A DNA stretch of 64,000 nt from Candidatus Anderseniibacteriota bacterium. Its GTDB lineage: Bacteria; Patescibacteriota; Andersenbacteria; UBA10190. Shown here in pieces: positions 57,611-64,000 of this stretch. Below the pieces are notes generated by a model. It saw only the letters and a list, made by a program, of their open reading frames with translations, was not told where the DNA came from and ran no database searches. The stretch spans positions 282,544-346,543 of the forward strand of contig JACPWO010000001.1 in assembly GCA_016197005.1 (NCBI GenBank), written 5' to 3'. The translations under genes and the position numbers were made by a program. Positions within the stretch are counted from its first letter, which is position 1, and each line of letters begins with the position of its first letter.

Positions 57611-58891
57611 ATGAACAACCTACAACAAGCCGTCATAAAGCAGCAAATTCCTCTAAATGTAATTTACGTTTCTTCTTATATCCCACGCAAATGTGGAATT
57701 GCAACTTACACCAAAGATCTTACTAATGCGATTAATCTTCTAAACTCCCGTTCCCTCGCAGAAATTTTAGCTGTTACTCCTCCAGAACCCGACCTTGAAT
57801 ATCCCTGGGAAGCAAAATTTAAGATAAATAAAGAAGATCTCTCCTCTTATCTAGCAGCAGCAAATTACGTAAACCAGTCAAACACCGACCTCATAGTTCT
57901 GCAGCACGAATTTGGTCTTTTTGGAGGAGTATCAGGAGAGTACATCCTTGATTTTGTAGAGCAAATAATGTGTCCTCTCATTACCACCTGCCATACTGTT
58001 TTGACCCATCCTGATCCAAAACAAATAGAAATTATTCAGCGTTTGGCTGCTCGCTCAGAAGCAATTATTGTCATGATGGATCAAGTGGCTCAAACACTAG
58101 TAAGCGTGTATGGGATCCCGAGCGCTAAGATTGTCGCTATTCCCCACGGAGTTCCCGATATTCCTTTTAACGCCACTGAGACTCACAAGCGAAAAAAAAG
58201 GTTAGCTGACCGCACAGTGTTAGGTAACATCAATTTACTTGACCCAAATAAAGGCATTGAATACGCCTTAGAAGCTGTGGCTATCATCGTTAAAGAATAT
58301 CCAAGTGTCCTGTATACGGTTATCGGACAGACACATCCTGATTTAGTGCGACGAGAAGGAGAGAAATATCGAAATTTTCTCAAGAAGAAGGTTCGAGATT
58401 TAGGAATCGCTAATAACGTACGCTTTATAAACGATTATTTGTCTTTGCCTGATCTCATTAATTGGTTGAAATCAATTGATATTTATATAACTCCGTACTT
58501 AGAACCTCAGCAAATAACCTCAGGAGCGCTTGCTTACGCAATCGGCGCCGGTAAACCATCGATCTCAACTCCGTATATTTACTCAAAAGAAGTTTTAGCT
58601 GATGGAAGAGGTATTTTAGTTCCTTTCCGAGATGCTCAAGCAATCGCATCGGCAGTACTTGATTTACTCAGAAATCCAGAAAAACGCGAGCAAATTGCCT
58701 TGAAAGCTTATCAATTTGGTCGCTTGATGACCTGGCCAAGCGTTGCTCAAAGTCACCTCAACTTATTCAGGACCGTACTCCAGAAGATTGAACTCCCAAC
58801 ATCTGTTGATACACAGCCAAATAATTCTCAACCATCCGATCAACCGAGAAATGTTTCTCCACATGAAGGCGACAATGCTGACGATCAATAG
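57611..58891 (+). CDS. GT4-family glycosyltransferase
   Basis: It has the GT-B fold and the C-terminal nucleotide-sugar-binding region (ITPYLEPQQITSGALAYAIGAGKPSISTP) with the E-x7-E-like motif. A low-complexity tail overlaps the convergent GT4 gene. Confidence 0.8.
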   Translation: MNNLQQAVIKQQIPLNVIYVSSYIPRKCGIATYTKDLTNAINLLNSRSLAEILAVTPPEPDLEYPWEAKFKINKEDLSSYLAAANYVNQSNTDLIVLQHEFGLFGGVSGEYILDFVEQIMCPLITTCHTVLTHPDPKQIEIIQRLAARSEAIIVMMDQVAQTLVSVYGIPSAKIVAIPHGVPDIPFNATETHKRKKRLADRTVLGNINLLDPNKGIEYALEAVAIIVKEYPSVLYTVIGQTHPDLVRREGEKYRNFLKKKVRDLGIANNVRFINDYLSLPDLINWLKSIDIYITPYLEPQQITSGALAYAIGAGKPSISTPYIYSKEVLADGRGILVPFRDAQAIASAVLDLLRNPEKREQIALKAYQFGRLMTWPSVAQSHLNLFRTVLQKIELPTSVDTQPNNSQPSDQPRNVSPHEGDNADDQ

Positions 58892-59798
58892 TATTCAAAT
58901 TCTCTACAGCTCGCACAGCCTCGTCCACTGTCTCCACCAAAAAGCCGGTTTTACCATGAACAATGAGTTCGGCCATACTTCCCTTGCGAAAGGCTACAAC
59001 AGGGGTACCGCAGGCCATTGCTTCAACAACAGATAATCCAAAAGGTTCATTAAAATTAATAGGATGTAAAAGTGCAGCCGCTGATCCTAGGAGCTGATTC
59101 CTTTTCTCTGCTCCCACATTTCCTACATAAGAAACCTTCTTATTATCGAGGTGTGGTTTTATTTCTTTTTTGAAATATTCCTCATCTTGTATGATGCCAG
59201 CCATAATTAGCGGCTTGCCTGATTTATGAGCAATTTCAATTGCTTCTTTAGCACCTTTATCTTTATGGATACGACCAAAGAAAATGAGATAGTCTTCACC
59301 TTCTGCTTTAAATGTAAAATTTTCAACGTCAATTCCATGATAAACAGTGGCAATGTATTCCAGACTTGGATTTCGGTCAGCGTTACTGATTGATATATAT
59401 TGCACGTGTTTGTTGTATTTTTCGTACACAGGAAGAATGCTTGGCGAGGAAAATCCATGAATAGTTGTGAGCATCGGAGTAGTTACGAGGTTAGAGTAGC
59501 TCAAAGGAAGAAAATCAAAGTTGTTGTGGATTAGATCAAACTCTGCTGCATGCTCAAACACTTCTGAAATATGCAGACATTCCCAAACCTTCCTGTTAAT
59601 GCTTTTATCTTCCTCATACCCCACCGGACACACACTCTGAAGTTTTCCCGAGGTAATAGAATCCTGGGTAGCAAATAATGTAACGTCGACTCCCTTCTTA
59701 ACCAGTCCCTCAGTTAAGAGTGATGTAACTCTTTCCCAAGGTCCATATTCACGGGGTGGTGTACGCCACGCAACCGGTGATAACATTGCAACACGCAT
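58767..59798 (-). CDS. GT4-family glycosyltransferase
   Basis: It begins MRVAMLSPVAW and has the GT4 C-terminal domain (GLSVVEAMACGTPVVAFRKG). Confidence 0.8.
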   Translation of the reverse strand: MRVAMLSPVAWRTPPREYGPWERVTSLLTEGLVKKGVDVTLFATQDSITSGKLQSVCPVGYEEDKSINRKVWECLHISEVFEHAAEFDLIHNNFDFLPLSYSNLVTTPMLTTIHGFSSPSILPVYEKYNKHVQYISISNADRNPSLEYIATVYHGIDVENFTFKAEGEDYLIFFGRIHKDKGAKEAIEIAHKSGKPLIMAGIIQDEEYFKKEIKPHLDNKKVSYVGNVGAEKRNQLLGSAAALLHPINFNEPFGLSVVEAMACGTPVVAFRKGSMAELIVHGKTGFLVETVDEAVRAVENLNTIDRQHCRLHVEKHFSVDRMVENYLAVYQQMLGVQSSGVRS

Positions 59799-59816
59799 AA
59801 AATTAGAAATAGTGTT

Positions 59817-60776
59817 TTATATAATTCCAGAGAGTGATAGCACCGCTCTTCCGATTACCTTATCAGCTGCACCATAGTAAATCCAAAGTTCGTTGTCCCT
59901 TATTATCGCGCCACAAGTGTAGACTACATTCTGAACATATCCTTCTTTTTCATATGTTGTTTCGGGCTCAAGAATGGGCCCTGTATACCACAGAATTTTT
60001 GTTGGATCTTGGCGATCAAACATAATTAGTCCAAGTCGATAGACCTGATTATTATCAACCGCATGATATACCATCAAGAAGCCCTTTGATGTACTGATGG
60101 GCTGCGAGCCCGTACCAAATTTAAATCCCTGCCATACTTGAGGTTTAGGCCAAGGAATAACTAAAGCCTCTGACCAACTCTTAAAATCTTTCGTGTAAGC
60201 AAGCTTAAGAGTTTCTCCTTCATCAGTAAATTCTCGATAATACAGGCCAAATTGATCGTTAATTTTTTCGGGTAGTAAGCTGGCATTTTTTGCTGGAATA
60301 TTAGGCAAGATAACGTCCCAATGGTTATAACTATGAAAATCTTTAGTTGTATGCATTGCCACACGTATACGCCAAGGCAAGTAGTCCATTACTCCGCGAA
60401 CTTCAGGTTTTTCTCCAACACGATGATATGAAGAAACAGTGTGAATAATGTAATAGGTGTCATCAATTTTAGTGATGCGAGGGTCTTCAATACCTAGTCG
60501 CTCATCTGCATCATCAGGATCAGTATCAATAGCAGGATGATCATACTGCGTGAATTTAACACCATCTTCACTGTGTGCCATTCCTAAACGGGAAATTCTA
60601 AAATCATCATAGGCTCGGTACAGCAATAGTATATTGCCTTTATACTCAGTCACGCCCGGATTAAAGACACCGTTTTTCTCCCACCAATACTTATCGCCAT
60701 CTCGCGGAACAATAATGGGAACTTCTGGCATCCGTTTCGCTCTAGAAATTTCTTTCAATTTAGACTCCGTATTCAT
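59817..60776 (-). CDS. GH130-family protein (putative beta-mannoside phosphorylase/hydrolase)
   Basis: 319 aa with a five-bladed beta-propeller signature (NGVFNPGV...LLLYRA, EDPRITKIDDTYYI, the YHAVD region). Confidence 0.8.
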   Translation of the reverse strand: MNTESKLKEISRAKRMPEVPIIVPRDGDKYWWEKNGVFNPGVTEYKGNILLLYRAYDDFRISRLGMAHSEDGVKFTQYDHPAIDTDPDDADERLGIEDPRITKIDDTYYIIHTVSSYHRVGEKPEVRGVMDYLPWRIRVAMHTTKDFHSYNHWDVILPNIPAKNASLLPEKINDQFGLYYREFTDEGETLKLAYTKDFKSWSEALVIPWPKPQVWQGFKFGTGSQPISTSKGFLMVYHAVDNNQVYRLGLIMFDRQDPTKILWYTGPILEPETTYEKEGYVQNVVYTCGAIIRDNELWIYYGAADKVIGRAVLSLSGII

Positions 60777-60889
60777 TAATGTAATAATACACTAAGGTTG
60801 CGACAGTCCCGGGATGTCGCTTTTCACTATCTTGTTATTTTTATAAAATACCGAATACATCCGAGGACAACACGACACAATTCTTTCTG

Positions 60890-60974
60890 CGGAGAGGGAG
60901 GGATTTGAACCCTCGATACCTTTCGGTATGCCGCCTTTCCAAGACGGTGCACTAGGCCACTATGCGACCTCTCC
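60890..60974 (-). tRNA. tRNA-Ser (anticodon GGA), type II with a long variable arm
   Basis: On the minus strand the acceptor stem is GGAGAGG/CCTCTCC. It has a 3-bp D-stem and the anticodon stem CCGTC/GGCGG with the loop TTGGAAA. The variable arm is ATACC-GAAA-GGTAT, the T-arm is GAGGGTTCAAATCCCTC and the discriminator is G. Confidence 0.85.
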
Positions 60975-61015
60975 AGTACCACACAGCATTGCGCATAGTA
61001 TTGCTTTAATCAATA

Positions 61016-61050
61016 TTGCCAAAATAAAACCCGGCCTAATTTATGAGTGG
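61016..61050 (-). terminator. Intrinsic terminator after the 61080..61406 gene
   Basis: On the minus strand AAAACCCGACC-loop-GGCCGGGTTTT is followed by ATTTTGG. Confidence 0.45.
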
Positions 61051-61079
61051 GTCGGGTTTTCCGTTGGAACGGTAAGAGC

Positions 61080-61406
61080 CTAATGAGTGTGTGCATCTTG
61101 AACGAATTCACCCAAGGATTCGAAGCCTTCCTTAAGACTAGGCGGCCTTCCTCCCCTAATCCATCGTACGCACTGGCCGGTGAGAAACATAGATACCATA
61201 ATCCCAAAGAAAAACAGCGCAGTGACGAGGAACCAACTGACTAGACTGAGAAGTTCGTAAAAAACCCGGAGGGTCTCGTTACTGGTGTTTTTGGCAAGGA
61301 ACTGGAATGGAAGAGCTCCAGCATTGGACATTACTGCAATGAGGCAAACGAGTGTCGCCACAACACAGCCGAGAACAGCCAAGCACTTCAACAAAAGAGC
61401 AGCCAT
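61080..61406 (-). CDS. Hypothetical small membrane protein
   Basis: 108 aa with two TM helices. It has its own terminator and lies immediately downstream of tRNA-Arg. Confidence 0.45.
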   Translation of the reverse strand: MAALLLKCLAVLGCVVATLVCLIAVMSNAGALPFQFLAKNTSNETLRVFYELLSLVSWFLVTALFFFGIMVSMFLTGQCVRWIRGGRPPSLKEGFESLGEFVQDAHTH

Positions 61407-61444
61407 TGTGATTCTCCTGAAATGGACATTCTGGTACTTCCTTG

Positions 61445-61517
61445 TGCGCTCGGCAGGGATCGAACCTGCGGCCCTCAGCTCCGCAAGCTGATGCTCTATC
61501 CACTGAGCTACGAGCGC
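61445..61517 (-). tRNA. tRNA-Arg (anticodon GCG)
   Basis: On the minus strand the acceptor stem is GCGCTCG/CGAGCGC. The D-arm is GCTC-AGTGGATA-GAGC. The anticodon stem is TCAGC/GCTGA with the loop TTGCGGA, and the T-arm is GCAGGTTCGATCCCTGC. Confidence 0.85.
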
Positions 61518-61638
61518 CTCTCTCCTTAAAGTATTTTAAGGAACCCTACCATAATGCCAGAGTTGCGCAATATTTCCACTCGAAGTCCTATTTTAGGATA
61601 TCTATTATATCTACCACTTACGCGGTATACTTATTTTT

Positions 61639-62418
61639 ATGCAGAAGGAAGCCCTTCGTCAGCGTCTGCGCGAAAAGAAACGCCAGGCGCCTCCTGCTTC
61701 CCCATTAGGGGCGCGACTTGAACAAGTTCATGTCCGACCTAAGAAGATGCCAACACGGGCCTTTCAACATCTCCGCTCTCCTGTTGCCAAACCGAAAACC
61801 CAACCAATTTCCCGGCCTCAAGAAGCCGAAGAGACTCGGCGTCAAGCACAAGAGCGACTACGAAAATATGAGTCCGATAATCGAGTACAGCAAGAACTCC
61901 AAGACCTACGCCAACAACATGATCTTGATGAAGTCGATGACGATGTTGAAGATTTAGCCACCTTACTCCAGTGGCGTGCCTTAGAGCATAATCACCAACC
62001 AAAATCTCAAGTGTGGTTTATTACGTTGGCCGCCAGTATCGCCGTTATATCGGTTGGCTTTGCTCTGTTCGGAAACTTTATGGCCGCCCTCACGATTGGA
62101 TTCGCTGGAGCAATGACATATTACTTTGCACAGCAAGAACCACGAACTGTCCGCTACCGACTAATGACCGAGGGGATCGCGTTTAATAACGTACTGTATC
62201 ACTACCAAGATTTGCAGGCATTTAATATCGTGTACCGACCAGGAGAAACAAAGACGGTATTCCTCAAGAGCAAGCGTCCGTTTGCCCCCCTATTACATAT
62301 GGAAATTGGTGATGCAGACCCTGTCGCCATTCGTGACCTTCTCCTTGAGTTCGTTCGCGAAGATCAAGAAATGCACGAACCCCTTATCGACATCTACGCC
62401 CGACGACTCGGATTTTAA
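61639..62418 (+). CDS. Hypothetical membrane protein (259 aa)
   Basis: It has a basic/acidic N-terminal region, a central pair of TM helices (VWFITLAASIAVISVGFALFGNFMAALTIGFAGA) and a C-terminal soluble domain. Confidence 0.5.
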   Translation: MQKEALRQRLREKKRQAPPASPLGARLEQVHVRPKKMPTRAFQHLRSPVAKPKTQPISRPQEAEETRRQAQERLRKYESDNRVQQELQDLRQQHDLDEVDDDVEDLATLLQWRALEHNHQPKSQVWFITLAASIAVISVGFALFGNFMAALTIGFAGAMTYYFAQQEPRTVRYRLMTEGIAFNNVLYHYQDLQAFNIVYRPGETKTVFLKSKRPFAPLLHMEIGDADPVAIRDLLLEFVREDQEMHEPLIDIYARRLGF

Positions 62419-62421
62419 TTC

Positions 62422-63429
62422 TTATTCGGTGTGAGAATTGTGTCGCTGGCTAGCCAGCGATTTTTCATGCTGTGCGGCAAAACCAGTACTGGAAATATCC
62501 TGAGTGAGCTCTTTTACGACATGAAGGCGCTCTAAGTAATACACGATCGCTGCAGCTAGAATGGCAAGTACCAACGCAATACCAATCGTGATATCAAGTG
62601 CTTCGGGTATTATATTCTTTTCAACAAGCGGTACGATTTCTCCGTGACTATTAATTCTTGTTTCAAGCACCTGCTTCCAAGGCCATATTTTCCGAATAGA
62701 TCCCAGCATAATCCCAGCCAGAATGGCAACGGAAATGTCATGGTGATGAGCGAAGAGCCAAGATAGAAAACGAGCGAATAATGAAAGCCCAACGATACAG
62801 CCAACAATGAATACACCTAGTATGAGGAAGTTTCGTTCAGTTACAGCTTCTAAAATGTACTGATACTTCCCTAGTAATAGCAGGATGAATGATCCAGAAA
62901 TGCCCGGCAGGATCATGGCGCAAATAGCAATTGCACCACTGAGAAATATAAAGGGAAGATTCGTTGGAGTTTCAATCGGGACTGCTCCTACTAAGAAATA
63001 TGCAGCCAGTGTTGATACTACAAATACCACCTTGTCAGACACATCCCACTGTACCACTCGCTTAAGAACAATAAAGGTAGAGGCAAGCACTAATCCAAAA
63101 AAGAACGACCAAACAAATATAGGGCGGTTTTCCAAAAGCCATGACAGCACATTCGCTAAACTGAAGATTGAAATACCAAGACCGAGAAGAAGCGGGATTA
63201 AAAACGCGAACGGTACGGACTGAACAGCCAATACAATATTGCCTTGTAAAAAAAGTCTGAGCGTCTTCCCGCTTACGATACGGATGCTTTCAAGCAGCTC
63301 CTCGTAAATACCAGAAAGAAACGCGATCGTTCCTCCAGAGACGCCAGGGATAAGGTCAGCAATACCCATTGAAAGACCCGTAATAAATAATCGAATTGAG
63401 CGGCTAAATGATCGGTCCATGGATATCAA
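62422..63429 (-). CDS. DUF368-family membrane protein (PopT-like candidate polyprenyl-phosphate transporter)
   Basis: It is polytopic and carries the two repeated DUF368 motifs (PGVSGGT and PGISGSF). Confidence 0.7.
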   Translation of the reverse strand: MISMDRSFSRSIRLFITGLSMGIADLIPGVSGGTIAFLSGIYEELLESIRIVSGKTLRLFLQGNIVLAVQSVPFAFLIPLLLGLGISIFSLANVLSWLLENRPIFVWSFFFGLVLASTFIVLKRVVQWDVSDKVVFVVSTLAAYFLVGAVPIETPTNLPFIFLSGAIAICAMILPGISGSFILLLLGKYQYILEAVTERNFLILGVFIVGCIVGLSLFARFLSWLFAHHHDISVAILAGIMLGSIRKIWPWKQVLETRINSHGEIVPLVEKNIIPEALDITIGIALVLAILAAAIVYYLERLHVVKELTQDISSTGFAAQHEKSLASQRHNSHTE

Positions 63430-63480
63430 TATACTATACGTACGTTCCTAGCTAGCGGGACAGATGAGTCTAGAACCAAA

Positions 63481-63667
63481 TTGTAACAAGGTTTTTGAGG
63501 GTTTTGGAAGGCTTAGGCGGTACTCGGCTGAGGAGGGTGGGTCGGAGGCAAAATGTTACAAATGTGACACTATTTCGAGGTTTTTGAGGCGTAACATTTT
63601 AGGCCTGGCCAGAAGAAATGTTACAGAATGTTACACTATAAAAAGAGGCCAGAACTGTAACATTTCT
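63481..63667. repeat. Intergenic array of TGTTACA/TGTAACA motifs and a degenerate 45-bp tandem-like repeat
   Basis: See finding. There are 6 motif copies. The 12-mer AGGTTTTTGAGG is duplicated at 63489 and 63578. A perfect 13-bp inverted repeat AGAAATGTTACAG / CTGTAACATTTCT lies at 63613-63625 and 63655-63667. Confidence 0.55.
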
Positions 63668-63691
63668 GAATAACGAACAGATTGAGAACAT

Positions 63692-64000
63692 TTAACCTTT
63701 CCCGTGCTGCCGGTGTGCTCGGAGTTTCTCTGCGGGAGCAAGTCCGCCCAGTACTTTGTGGGGAAAGTAATTCCAGGCGTCATTCACCGTGTCCATGATG
63801 TTTTCGAGCTCGGCTGCTCCCTGCCCGCTATCGAATATGGCGATAATCCGAGTCAGGTCATCAGTGCCTGCCTCGTTAAAAATAACCTCCTTGATATCCT
63901 CAAGACTAAACTCGCTGCCGGTTTCCTTTAGAAGCGTACCAAGCTCTTGTTCGATTTCTTGGCGTTTTTCAAGAATTTGCTGTTGTGTGAGGATTTCTAC
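63692..64000 (-). CDS. Partial CDS (C-terminal 102 codons; start lies beyond the window), hypothetical
   Basis: This is an open frame running off the window edge that the ORF track does not list. Its translation is coherent and protein-like (...IIAIFDSGQGAAELENIMDTVNDAWNYFPHKVLGGLAPAEKLRAHRQHGKG) with the stop TAA at 63692-63694. The listed + ORF 63704..63931 is probably the antisense shadow. Confidence 0.4.
   Translation of the reverse strand, partial: VEILTQQQILEKRQEIEQELGTLLKETGSEFSLEDIKEVIFNEAGTDDLTRIIAIFDSGQGAAELENIMDTVNDAWNYFPHKVLGGLAPAEKLRAHRQHGKG

Noticed and set aside
61010-61207. 65-aa minus ORF overlapping 61080..61406 in another frame
   Set aside because: The longer ORF has two clear TM helices and is followed by a terminator. 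The shorter one is probably its shadow.
63464-63931. Two small plus-strand ORFs (63464..63673 and 63704..63931)
   Set aside because: The first lies inside the repeat array and reads low-complexity. The second is the antisense shadow of a better-looking minus-strand partial CDS that runs off the window end.

Overview
This 64-kb window is a dense, mostly housekeeping chromosomal segment. It uses the standard genetic code: TGA terminates prfA and overlaps the prmC ATG. I infer a small-genome monoderm bacterium, probably Patescibacteria/CPR (Saccharibacteria-like), from four observations: a complete type IV pilus locus with no secretin, gatCAB present, very tight gene packing, and many short membrane proteins of unknown function. 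Contents, left to right:

- **Translation and replication core:** tsf-rpsB, rpmE-prfA-prmC, rplY, a SEDS protein (FtsW/RodA), dnaE, thrS, miaA and gatB.
- **dTTP-branch nucleotide cluster:** dcd-dut facing a DNPH1/Rcl-like protein and two tandem thymidylate-kinase paralogues. The downstream paralogue has lost the Walker-A lysine.
- **Conserved block:** secE-nusG-rplK-rplA, then gyrB and pheST.
- **tRNAs:** five genes, Asp-GTC, two CAT-anticodon tRNAs (one with atypical D and T loops), Ser-GGA and Arg-GCG.
- **Central metabolism and repair:** gpmI and ligA-gatC-gatA.
- **Type IV pilus locus (about 11 kb):** four minor pilins, pilD, two pilA, pilC, pilT, a CheY-like regulator, pilB, pilO, pilN and pilM.
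- **Envelope and proteostasis:** lemA-htpX, recX, clpC, comFC and dedA.
- **Glycan cluster:** a GH130 protein, two GT4 glycosyltransferases and an (alpha/alpha)6-like protein.
- **Right end:** a DUF368 (PopT-like) gene, a repeat-rich intergenic region and a partial minus-strand CDS.

No CRISPR array, intein, rRNA or obvious mobile element was seen. The most unusual signals are: (i) the TGTTACA-motif repeat/palindrome array at 63.48-63.69 kb; (ii) the paired CAT tRNAs with a 375-nt structured-looking spacer and an atypical second tRNA; (iii) the pseudo-kinase-like Tmk paralogue with a DNPH1-like protein; (iv) the GH130/GT4 glycan cluster.
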